The notes below the pieces were generated by a model that saw only the letters and a program-made list of their open reading frames with translations, ran no database searches and was not told the origin of the DNA. Made by a program: the position numbers and the translations under genes. 64,000 nt of DNA from Alphaproteobacteria bacterium (GTDB lineage Bacteria > Desulfobacterota > Binatia > UBA12015): the NCBI GenBank assembly GCA_017853315.1, contig JAFMJW010000001.1, positions 960 to 64,959 on the forward strand, in the 5' to 3' direction. The number at the start of each line of letters is the position of its first letter. Position 1 is the stretch's first letter. Positions 35,602-44,007 of the stretch are shown here, piece by piece.

Positions 35602-37695
35602 TCAGCGGACGATCGTCTTGGCGACGAGCCGCTCGGGGGCCTGCTTCGCGAACGGCCCCGCGAAGGTCGACACGCGGCAGGTGGAGTCGCCCCGCAATTG
35701 CAGCACGAGCGGCGCCGCGAGCGCTTCGAGCGCGGGCATCGGAACGCGAACGCCCTTCAGCTGGAGCTGGGCCTTCGAGCGGCCCGCGATGCCCTCCTGG
35801 AGGAGGACCTTCGTCGCACCGGCCCAGGTGCCGCGGGTGTCCTTGTAGGCCCAGCCCCGCGGCTTCTCCTGCCACGCGGGCCCGGCGGGGATGCGAGCGC
35901 TCATCGCGAGGCTCCCCGCGGACCAGAGGCAGCCCACCCACGCGCCCTTCGTGCGCGGCGAGCCCATGTCGGCCATCGAGGTCGCATCGCCGCGGCTCCA
36001 CTTCCAGTCGACGAGCCGGGTCCCGAGCGACATGTCCTTCATCGTGATGCTCGAGGTGCCGGCGCCCGCGCAGCCGGCCGGCGGGCTCGTCGGGCAGTCG
36101 GCGAGGCACGAGGCGCTGCAGCCGTCGCCGTCCTGGAGGTTGCCGTCGTCGCAGTCCTCCGCGGCGGCGACCACGCCGTTGCCGCAGATCGTGCAGGCGG
36201 CCGTGCAGCCGTCGCCGTCGATCGCGTTGCCGTCGTCGCACTCCTCGCCCGGGTCGACCGTGCCGTTGCCGCAGCCGCACGGCCCGCCCGCGCACTCGCA
36301 GACGTCGCCGATGCCGTTCTGGTTGCCGTCGGCCTGGGTCGTGTTCGCGACCGTCGGGCAGTTGTCGACCGCGTCCTGCACCGCGTCCGCGTCGCCGTCC
36401 GCACACGCGCCGACGTCGACCTGGTCGACCGCGCTCCCGGTCGCCGGCGACTGGTAGGCGTCGCACTCGGCCTGGTTCAGGCCGACGGCAGAGCTCGTCA
36501 GGAAGGCCGCCATGATCCAGGGCGACCCGGCGGGGTTGTGGGACAGCCCGACGTTGTGGCCGAACTCGTGCACCCAGATCGCCGCCTCGATCGACGCGCT
36601 CGAAGGGTAGCGCACGACGGCGATCCCGCTGCCGCCGATGTTGCCGCATCCCACGACGTTCACGCCGGGGCCCCCGCAGTAGTTGATCGCGCGGACGACC
36701 TTGAACCGCCCCGCGCGACTGCCCAGCACGGTGCGCAGCTCGGTCGAGTCGTCGATCACGTCGAGGCCGTCGCCGGCGGTGCCGAAGGAACCGGCGCTGC
36801 CCGAGCGTGCCATCGAGGCGCAGCAGGCGACGTCTCCCTCGAAGTCGGAGCGACCGGCCATGAGGCTCGCACGCGAGAGGACCGCGTCGAGCTGCTCGGC
36901 CGTCATCGGGTTCGTGACCGCGACGTGGTTGCCCCAGGTGATCGCGGCCTCCTGCGCGCGCGCCGCGTGGTCCAGGATCGAGGGGTCGATCGACATCGCG
37001 GCCTCGCCGCCCGCGGTCGGCGCCGTCGCTTCGGCCGCGGCGTCGGTCCCGCCGTCGAGCAGCGCGAGCGACTGGGCCGCCGCGCGTTGCAGCGCCTCGG
37101 CGTTCGCGTCGCGCGATCCCGCCGTGGCGCTCCGCTCGAGCGCGGCCCGTGCCGCGGCGTCTCCGGCGAAGGCGAGCCCGCGCAGCGCCATCGCGCGCAG
37201 GTCGGTGAGCATGTCGGGGTGGGGAGAGGCCGCGGCGGCTCCCTCCGCGCCCCGGCCGTCGTCGGCCAGGTCGAGGAGGGCCGCGAGAGCCGCGCGATCG
37301 CCTCGCCCGGCGATGTACCCGAGCGCCTGCGGCGCGAGCAGGAGGGCCCGGTCCTCCTCCGGTGCGGTGGCTCCGGCGGGAGGGGAGGCGAGGAACGCGA
37401 GCAGGGCCGGCGTCGCCTCGGCACCACCGAGGTGGGTGAGGAAGGCGACCACGTTGTCGCGCCGGGGGAACGAAGGGTCGGCGAGCAGGCGGAGCAGCAC
37501 GGGCACGCCGGAGGAACCGACGACACTCCTCGCGTCCTCGGCGGTCAGCCCTTCGAACCAGGTTCGGAGGCACGCGTCTCGAACGATGCTCTCCTCGGAG
37601 ACGGCGCGCGCTGGCCCGGTGGTGAACAGCACCGAGGCGAGCACGAACGTCGCCGCGGCGGCGATGCTGGACGTTCTCGTTCCGAAACCCTTCAT
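35602..37695 (-). CDS. Secreted zinc metalloprotease ([11 protein letters not shown] zincin motif) with TSP3-like Asp-rich repeats and C-terminal myxo Cys-rich repeats
   Basis: ATG at 37695 (verified) with an AGGAG ribosome-binding site. Signal [60 protein letters not shown], repeated CGNG..D.GE.CDDGN.DGDGC. Confidence 0.7.
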   Translation of the reverse strand: MKGFGTRTSSIAAAATFVLASVLFTTGPARAVSEESIVRDACLRTWFEGLTAEDARSVVGSSGVPVLLRLLADPSFPRRDNVVAFLTHLGGAEATPALLAFLASPPAGATAPEEDRALLLAPQALGYIAGRGDRAALAALLDLADDGRGAEGAAAASPHPDMLTDLRAMALRGLAFAGDAAARAALERSATAGSRDANAEALQRAAAQSLALLDGGTDAAAEATAPTAGGEAAMSIDPSILDHAARAQEAAITWGNHVAVTNPMTAEQLDAVLSRASLMAGRSDFEGDVACCASMARSGSAGSFGTAGDGLDVIDDSTELRTVLGSRAGRFKVVRAINYCGGPGVNVVGCGNIGGSGIAVVRYPSSASIEAAIWVHEFGHNVGLSHNPAGSPWIMAAFLTSSAVGLNQAECDAYQSPATGSAVDQVDVGACADGDADAVQDAVDNCPTVANTTQADGNQNGIGDVCECAGGPCGCGNGTVDPGEECDDGNAIDGDGCTAACTICGNGVVAAAEDCDDGNLQDGDGCSASCLADCPTSPPAGCAGAGTSSITMKDMSLGTRLVDWKWSRGDATSMADMGSPRTKGAWVGCLWSAGSLAMSARIPAGPAWQEKPRGWAYKDTRGTWAGATKVLLQEGIAGRSKAQLQLKGVRVPMPALEALAAPLVLQLRGDSTCRVSTFAGPFAKQAPERLVAKTIVR

Positions 37696-37795
37696 GGCTC
37701 TCCTCGCTTGGACTGCCCGACCGTGACGGAGGGGCAGGCCCCCGTCCAGAGGCGACTTCGGGAAGACCGGGCTCGCGCCCGCGGCCCCGGCGCGA

Positions 37796-38116
37796 TCAGT
37801 CGCCGGAGGGGGGCCGACGGCGCACCGAGCGCCCGAGGACGCCCGCCGCGGCGCCGAGTCCTCCGGCGATCGCCGTCGGAGCGAGATTCGCGAGCAGAAG
37901 CCCGATCGCGGTCGCGACCGGGGACTGGTCCGGAACGCGAGCGAGGAGCCCGGCAATCAGGCTCGTCGCGGCGGCGCAGAGCGCGGCGGCGCCGGCTGCG
38001 CGCGGCATCGCATCGATCCCGGTCCCGGTCGAACGGATCACGGCCGCCATGGCCCCGAAGAACGCTCCGAGCCAGACCGCGAGCGACGCGAGCACGACCG
38101 CGCGGAGTCCGTCCAT
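37796..38116 (-). CDS. Small hydrophobic membrane protein, hypothetical
   Basis: ATG at 38116 (verified). Three TM-like Ala/Leu/Gly-rich segments. Could extend upstream or be a GC artefact. Confidence 0.3.
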   Translation of the reverse strand: MDGLRAVVLASLAVWLGAFFGAMAAVIRSTGTGIDAMPRAAGAAALCAAATSLIAGLLARVPDQSPVATAIGLLLANLAPTAIAGGLGAAAGVLGRSVRRRPPSGD

Positions 38117-38244
38117 CGCGCCGGGCCCGAACGCGAGCGCGGCGCGGGAGGGGGTGGCGGTCGCGACGGCGACCGTCGTGCCCGCGAAGAGGGCCCGGGG
38201 GATCGCGCGATGAGCGATCCCCCGGGCGAGTCGCACGGCCGTGC

Positions 38245-38715
38245 TCAGGCCGCCCGAGGAATGCGGATCTTCTGGCCCGGGAAGATCTTGTTCGGGTCCT
38301 TGATGACCTCGCGGTTCGCCTCGAAGATCTTCGTGTAGAGGTTCGGGTTGCCGTAGAAGTGCTTGGCGATCTTGGAGAGGTTGTCGCCCGAGACGATCAC
38401 GTAGTACTCGACGTTGTCGTCGGCCGCCGCCGCGATCGACTGTGCCTCCGCGAGGTCGAGGTTCGTCACGTCGACGTTCGCGACACCGTGCACGTTGCCG
38501 GCGATGAGCACGGCCTTCTGCATGACCTCGGCCGACGGGCAGGTGCCCGAGAGGGCGCAGTTGCCGCTCGACGGGTCGTACTTCACCTGCAGGTTCTCGA
38601 TGCCGAGCCCGGCGTCCGAGACCTCCCTCTGGATCTTCCCGGCCGCGTCCTCGGCCGAGGCGTCCGACCCGAACAACTTGTTCCCGATGTTCCGAACGAA
38701 ATCGAAGAGACCCAT
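38245..38715 (-). CDS. kbp: BON-LysM protein, homolog of the potassium-binding protein Kbp (YgaU)
   Basis: MGLFDFVRNIGNKLFGSDASAED N-terminus, BON domain, and a C-terminal LysM YYVIVSGDNLSKIAKHFYGNPNLYTKIFEANREVIKDPNKIFPGQKIRIP. Collinear with E. coli Kbp/YgaU. Confidence 0.8.
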   Translation of the reverse strand: MGLFDFVRNIGNKLFGSDASAEDAAGKIQREVSDAGLGIENLQVKYDPSSGNCALSGTCPSAEVMQKAVLIAGNVHGVANVDVTNLDLAEAQSIAAAADDNVEYYVIVSGDNLSKIAKHFYGNPNLYTKIFEANREVIKDPNKIFPGQKIRIPRAA

Positions 38716-38948
38716 GAGCTGCCCATCTCCCTTTCCGTGTGGCCTGCGAAGATCGCCCGCAGGTGTGGCGTGCCGCCATAAGGGAGCATGGTCGTTCTCC
38801 GGTCAAGGAACGGGTCTCGACCCGGGGGGCACCGCCGGGTCGGCCGCGTCGAGCGGTCGGTGGAAGCTCCGGGAATGCTGCGGAATGTCGATGTCGACGG
38901 GGGAGCGCGAAGTCCGGCTGCGCCGCCGCGTCGCGGATCGAATTTCGG

Positions 38949-40469
38949 TCAGCCGGGGAAACGGACGAGATCGGCGGCCGCGCCGAAGAGCGGCTCGTCC
39001 GCCGGCAGGATCCATCCCTCGCCGACCGCTCGTGCCGCGGACTCGCGGACGGCGGCCGCGTAGGCGGCCTCCGAGCCGTGGAGCGAGCGCAGCGTCGCGC
39101 CGTCGAACGGAACCGTGGTGCCGAACAGCGCGCAGAAGGCTCCGCCCGTCTGTCCCTCGCCGGAGAGAGTCGCGATCGGCACGTCGAGGTGCGGGGTGCG
39201 GATGCCTCCCTTCGCGTTGCCGAAGCGGTCGCGCTCGATCGCGGCCGGCGAGCCCGACACGGCAATCTGCGGGGAGTGGGCCGGCGCCTCGTCCCCGCGC
39301 ACCCAGCGGTCGAGAGCGGCGAACGCGGCCTTCAGCACGAAGTGGGCCGGGCCCGAGTTCACCGGGCTCTCGCAGCGGATGATGCCGGGGATCGGCTCCG
39401 CGTTCACGATCACCGCCGCCGCCTCGGGCGAGTCGCCGAGGTCGGAGAAGCCGACGAACAGCGTGTACACGTCGGCGTGTGCCGTGCCCGCGATCTCCCA
39501 CAGGCGGAAACGCGGGCCGTCGGGCTGCCGGTCGGGCAGGAAGCGGAGCCCGAGCAGGTCGGTCTCGGTCTGGACCGTGAGCACGGGCACGCGCAGGTCG
39601 TCGCGGACCCGGACCGACGCGGGCATCGCGACGTCGCCGACCGGCGGCTGCACGAGCGGCGCGCTGCCGCCGCCCCGGCTGTGGACGAAGAAGCCGTCGA
39701 AGAGGCGCGCGACCGGATCGATCGCGTTCACGTAGGTCGTCATGCGGAAGGCCGACTGCGATTCGCCCGCGGCGACGAGCCGCGCGGGGCGCAGTCCCCC
39801 GAGCGGGTCGGGTCCCTCGCGTCGCAGCAGCGCCGCGCCCGCCTGCGAGAAGATGTCGTAGGAGAACGAGTCGCCGGGGTGGACCAGCGATCCGTAGCGG
39901 ACCGGGTCGACGTTCTTCAGGCTCGTCGAGCTCCCGCCGAGCACGGACGAGCCGCCCTCGACGCCCACGTACTGCGCCGAGACGCCCACCCAGGCATGGC
40001 CGGAGCGGATCAGCTCGGTGTGCAGCCCGATCCAGTCGGGCGCCGCGTCGAGCCCGCCGCTCACGTTCAGCCACTCGACCACCACCGTGCCGTCGAAGCG
40101 CGCCGGGTCGGCCGGGCGGTAGACGAGGATGCGGGTGCGGAAGTCGGCGGTCGCGCCCGGCGAGACGTCCCAGCGGCCGTCGGAACCGAGCGGGCCGTTG
40201 GGCTCGAACGCTCGCGCCGTCCCCGAGAGGAACCACTCGGACTGCTCGTATCCGACGCCGGCGAGGTCGATCGCGGTGCCCGCCACGAAGGCCGGCCGGC
40301 CCGCGGTGATCGGGCCCTCGAGCCGCGGGGTCGGGACGAGCGGGGCCGGGTCCGAGCCGACCTGTCCGCACCCGGCGGCGACGGCGAGCAGGAGGGCGAG
40401 CCCGATCGCGACGGGACAGGCGTCGCGGACGGCATCGGGGTGGCGGGTCGGGGCGAGCGTCGCTGGCAT
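38949..40469 (-). CDS. Hypothetical lipoprotein (506 aa)
   Basis: ATG at 40469 (verified) with a GGAGG ribosome-binding site. Signal plus lipobox LLLAVAAGC. Diverse, protein-like composition; no family recognised. Confidence 0.55.
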   Translation of the reverse strand: MPATLAPTRHPDAVRDACPVAIGLALLLAVAAGCGQVGSDPAPLVPTPRLEGPITAGRPAFVAGTAIDLAGVGYEQSEWFLSGTARAFEPNGPLGSDGRWDVSPGATADFRTRILVYRPADPARFDGTVVVEWLNVSGGLDAAPDWIGLHTELIRSGHAWVGVSAQYVGVEGGSSVLGGSSTSLKNVDPVRYGSLVHPGDSFSYDIFSQAGAALLRREGPDPLGGLRPARLVAAGESQSAFRMTTYVNAIDPVARLFDGFFVHSRGGGSAPLVQPPVGDVAMPASVRVRDDLRVPVLTVQTETDLLGLRFLPDRQPDGPRFRLWEIAGTAHADVYTLFVGFSDLGDSPEAAAVIVNAEPIPGIIRCESPVNSGPAHFVLKAAFAALDRWVRGDEAPAHSPQIAVSGSPAAIERDRFGNAKGGIRTPHLDVPIATLSGEGQTGGAFCALFGTTVPFDGATLRSLHGSEAAYAAAVRESAARAVGEGWILPADEPLFGAAADLVRFPG

Positions 40470-40600
40470 GGGAACCTCCGCGGCCGGGGCTATCGCAGGC
40501 CCCGAGGACACGGCAAGCGGGATTCGCCCGCGAGGCCGCCGTGGCCCGGGTTCGCGCCTCCGCTTGCCTCGCGGCGCCGGATCGCGCACTCCCCGGGGTC

Positions 40601-41266
40601 ATGGCGAACCGCTCCCGCCCCGAGGCCGTGCTCTTCGACTTCGGCGGCGTCTTCCTCGACTCGCCCTTCGCGGCGGTGCGAGCCTTCGGCGAGCAGGCCG
40701 GCATCCCGGACGACGGGGTGATGGAACTCGTCTTCGGGCGCTACGACGCCGACACCGACCATCCGTGGCACCGGCTCGAGCGGGGGGATATAGACCTCGC
40801 GACGACCCGCCAGGAGATCCTCGACCTCTCGCAGGCGGCGGGGTACCGCATCGACCTGTTCGACGCCTTCGCGACGCTGGTGCGGGCCGGCATCCGCGAC
40901 GAGATGGTGGCGGTCGCGAGGGAGGTGCGGGACGCGGGGCTGAAGAGCGCGATCGTGACCAACAACGTGCGCGAGTTCGGCGAGAGCTGGCGCGCGATGC
41001 TGCCGGTGGACGAGCTCTTCGACGCGATCGTCGACTCCCACGAAATCGGCCTGCGAAAGCCCGACCCCCGCATCTTCGAGCTCGCGCTCGAGCGGCTCGG
41101 CGGCGTCGCACCGTCGCGCGCGGTGTTCCTCGACGACTTCGAGGGCAACGTCGCCGCGGCCGAGCGGCTGGGGATGCACGGCATCCTCGTCGACCACGAC
41201 GACTGGATCCGGGCGGTGGAGCGGCTGCGCGCTCTCCTCTCGGGCGCGTCCGAGACCCCCTTGTGA
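40601..41266 (+). CDS. HAD-superfamily hydrolase (subfamily IA-like phosphatase)
   Basis: ATG at 40601 (verified). Motif I LFDFGGV, motif II SAIVTNN, motif III/IV K...FLDDFEGN. Confidence 0.75.
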   Translation: MANRSRPEAVLFDFGGVFLDSPFAAVRAFGEQAGIPDDGVMELVFGRYDADTDHPWHRLERGDIDLATTRQEILDLSQAAGYRIDLFDAFATLVRAGIRDEMVAVAREVRDAGLKSAIVTNNVREFGESWRAMLPVDELFDAIVDSHEIGLRKPDPRIFELALERLGGVAPSRAVFLDDFEGNVAAAERLGMHGILVDHDDWIRAVERLRALLSGASETPL

Positions 41267-41333
41267 CGACTCCTCGTCCGCGGTACCCGAAAGGGCGCGA
41301 AATTTCGACGTGTCGACCGGAACGGAGGCTCCC

Positions 41334-43958
41334 GTGAACAGAATCCTCTCACTCTTCCTCTCCTCGGCCACCCTCCTTCTCGCGACGGCCGGGCCGACGC
41401 TCGGGCAGTTCGCCTCTTCGCCCGTGCTCGTGAACGACCCCTCGGGCGAGTCCTGCTGGGGGACCGGCTGCACCCAGGCCCAGCCGTCGATCGCGCGACA
41501 GGGGGCGAACTTCGTCGTCGGGTTCAACGACTCGGCGGGCCGCTCGGGCGGCATCGTGCCCGGGCCGTTCGCGCCGCTCGTCCCCACCCAGGGCCGCTCG
41601 GGCTACGCCTGGTCCACCGACGGCGGCGCGACCTGGGTCGACGGCGGCGGGCTGCCGGCGCCCGCGGACGGCAGCACGTTCGGCGGCGAGCCGAGCGTGA
41701 CGTCCTGCGGCGGCCGCTTCCTCTACGCGAGCGAGATGGGCACGGGCTGCCCCACGGCGGCGGGCGGTTCCGTCGTCGCGGAGGTCGAGCCCAACGACAC
41801 GATCGACCAGGCGAAGGCCTACATCGTCGGCGACGCGCTGGAGGGCTCCTTCACGATCGGCGACCCGCTCGACGTGTTCATCCTCTCCGCCACGGCGGGG
41901 TCCTGGCTCACCGTCGAGTCCGGCGACACGGCCTACCGCTGGGTGCGCGTCTTCCGCGCCGACGGGGTCACCGAGGTCGTCGCGGGGAACCCGGCCTGGA
42001 GCCCGATGCGCTTCCAGGTGCCGGCGAGCGAGAACTACTACCTCGTCCTGAGCGGCGACCTCGGGCCCTGGCAGATCCGGCTCGCGACCTGCACGTCCAC
42101 CCCGGACCAGCGCGCGGTCGCCGTCTCGGCCGGGACTCTCGCGAACGGCGTGCTGTCGTGGGGCGCGCCGGTGACGGTGGCCCGCGGCGACGGCGTCCAG
42201 GGGCCCTCGATCGGGTGCGATCCGACCTCCGGGACCGCGCTGCTCGCGTGGCTCGACGTCCTGCCGGGCAGCCGCGCGATCCGCTTCTCGAAGTCGACGA
42301 ACGGTACGACCTGGACGGCGCCGGTCGCCGTGCGCTCGGCCGGGATCTACACCGACCTCGGCGTGCCGCAAGTCGCCGCGAACCTGGGCGGAGAGATCCA
42401 CGTTGCGTGGGGCGCCTACCAGCAGCTCACCGGGGCGCACCTCCTCGAGCTGTCGACCTCGAAGACCGTCGGCGCGAGCTTCCCCGCGGCCGTGAAGGTC
42501 GCCGACTTCGTGCCCGCGTCGGCCGACCCCCTCGGCTACTCCTACGGCCTGCCGACGATCCCGAACCTGGCCGTGGACCGCAGCGCCGGACCGAACGCCG
42601 GCAGCGTCTACGTCGCCTTCCACGCGGCGGAGTCGCCGGGTGCGGCCGTGCGCGACGTCTTCGTCGCGCGCTCGACCGACCGCGGGGCGAGCTTCGGCGC
42701 GCCGGTGCGCGTGAACCACGATCCCGAGGGCAACGACCAGTTCCTGCCCTCGGTCGCGACCAGCACGACGAACGGTCAGGTCGGCATCCTCTTCCTGGGG
42801 ACGCAGCTCGGGCCCCTGGGCTCGCTCGACGCCTTCCTCTCGATGTCGATCGACGGCGGCGCGAGCTTCGTTCCCGGCGTCCGCATCTCGGATTCGACGG
42901 TCGACTGGACCTCCGCCGTCGCCTGGGACGACTACCCGAACATGGGCCGCTTCACGGCGCTCGCCGCGGACGGCCCGAACTTCTACGCGGCCTGGACCGA
43001 CGGCAGCCTTGGCGACCCGGACGTCGCCTTCGCCCAGGTCCGCCGTCGCGACGTGCCGACGTGCGCCTCGCTGGAGGAGGGCGCCGCCTGCGACGACGGC
43101 AACGCCTGCACGACCGGCGACACCTGCAGTTCCGGTGCCTGCGTGTCGAGCGGCACGCTCGCGTGCACGGGCGGCGAGACCGAGTGCGCACTGGCGGAGG
43201 TCTGCGAGCCGCGTTCGGGCTGCGTCGCCCCGCCGAAGCCCGACGGGGGGGCGTGCGGCAGCGCCTGCTCGCTCGCGTCGTCCTGCCGGGCCGGTGCCTG
43301 CGAGGAGCCGGGCGGCGGCGACGCCGACGGCGACGGCGTCTGCGAGGTGGACGACGTCTGTCCCGCGGTGGCGGACCCGGGCCAGTCCGACCTCGACCAG
43401 GACGGCACGGGCGACGCCTGCGACTCGCAGGACGGTTCGCTGCGGATCCGCACGGTCGACGTCCGGCGTTCGACCTCGACGCTGCGGCCCAACGGTCTCG
43501 TGAAGGTGGAGGCGGAGTTCCTCGGGCCCCGCTCGATCGCCGCGACCGGCGGCGCCTGGCTGTGGCTGCGCGACACGATCGAGCTCGAGGCCCACGCGGC
43601 CTGGCCGGCCTCGCTGTGCAGGCGGCTCAGCAACGGCGTCGTCCGCTGCCGTCGTACGACGCGTCCCTACGACGCGATCGACCTGCGGCCGCTGCCGTCC
43701 TCGGACCCCGACCTGCGCAGTTGGCTCGTGTCCGCGCGCCTGCGCGAGCGGGCGCTGGCGGCGCCGTTCCGCGGGCCGATCAGCGTCGGCCTGACGCTCG
43801 ATCCCGGCACGCCGGTGCTCGGCACGGACCGCGTGGCCGCCTCCGAGGACTGCCGCAGCTACAACCGTGGGCTGCGTTGTTCGGGAACCGGGGGCGAGGT
43901 CTACGGCAGCGCGTCGCGCGCCTTCCTCGGGAGGCGGTCGTCGACGCTGCTCGACTGA
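41334..43958 (+). CDS. Secreted protein: PPC (pre-peptidase C-terminal-like) domain, BNR/sialidase-like beta-propeller region, Cys-rich and TSP3-like C-terminal modules
   Basis: GTG at 41334 with GGAGG 6 nt upstream (the ORF-track start is GTG at 41310). Signal LSLFLSSATLLLATAG. PPC EPNDTIDQAKAYIVGDALEGSF. BNR-like STDRGASF / SIDGGASF. DADGDGVCEVDDVCPAVADPGQSDLDQDGTGDACD. Confidence 0.65.
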   Translation: MNRILSLFLSSATLLLATAGPTLGQFASSPVLVNDPSGESCWGTGCTQAQPSIARQGANFVVGFNDSAGRSGGIVPGPFAPLVPTQGRSGYAWSTDGGATWVDGGGLPAPADGSTFGGEPSVTSCGGRFLYASEMGTGCPTAAGGSVVAEVEPNDTIDQAKAYIVGDALEGSFTIGDPLDVFILSATAGSWLTVESGDTAYRWVRVFRADGVTEVVAGNPAWSPMRFQVPASENYYLVLSGDLGPWQIRLATCTSTPDQRAVAVSAGTLANGVLSWGAPVTVARGDGVQGPSIGCDPTSGTALLAWLDVLPGSRAIRFSKSTNGTTWTAPVAVRSAGIYTDLGVPQVAANLGGEIHVAWGAYQQLTGAHLLELSTSKTVGASFPAAVKVADFVPASADPLGYSYGLPTIPNLAVDRSAGPNAGSVYVAFHAAESPGAAVRDVFVARSTDRGASFGAPVRVNHDPEGNDQFLPSVATSTTNGQVGILFLGTQLGPLGSLDAFLSMSIDGGASFVPGVRISDSTVDWTSAVAWDDYPNMGRFTALAADGPNFYAAWTDGSLGDPDVAFAQVRRRDVPTCASLEEGAACDDGNACTTGDTCSSGACVSSGTLACTGGETECALAEVCEPRSGCVAPPKPDGGACGSACSLASSCRAGACEEPGGGDADGDGVCEVDDVCPAVADPGQSDLDQDGTGDACDSQDGSLRIRTVDVRRSTSTLRPNGLVKVEAEFLGPRSIAATGGAWLWLRDTIELEAHAAWPASLCRRLSNGVVRCRRTTRPYDAIDLRPLPSSDPDLRSWLVSARLRERALAAPFRGPISVGLTLDPGTPVLGTDRVAASEDCRSYNRGLRCSGTGGEVYGSASRAFLGRRSSTLLD

Positions 43959-43966
43959 ACCGAGCC

Positions 43967-44000
43967 GCGGGGTGCCGGGCACGTGTGCCCGGCACCCCGC
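43967..44000. terminator. Bidirectional terminator hairpin between convergent genes
   Basis: Perfect 15-bp stem gcggggtgccgggca / tgcccggcaccccgc with loop cgtg, seen directly. No clear U-tract, which is common at high GC. Confidence 0.5.
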
Positions 44001-44007
44001 GTGCGCG

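Noticed and set aside
35698-38781. 1027-aa plus-strand ORF
   Set aside because: Antisense to the metalloprotease and kbp genes. The translation is dominated by R/A/G/V runs.
38803-40704. 633-aa minus-strand ORF in an alternative frame to the lipoprotein gene 38949..40469
   Set aside because: R/P/G-rich and no signal peptide. The overlapping frame has lipobox, diverse composition and a GGAGG ribosome-binding site.
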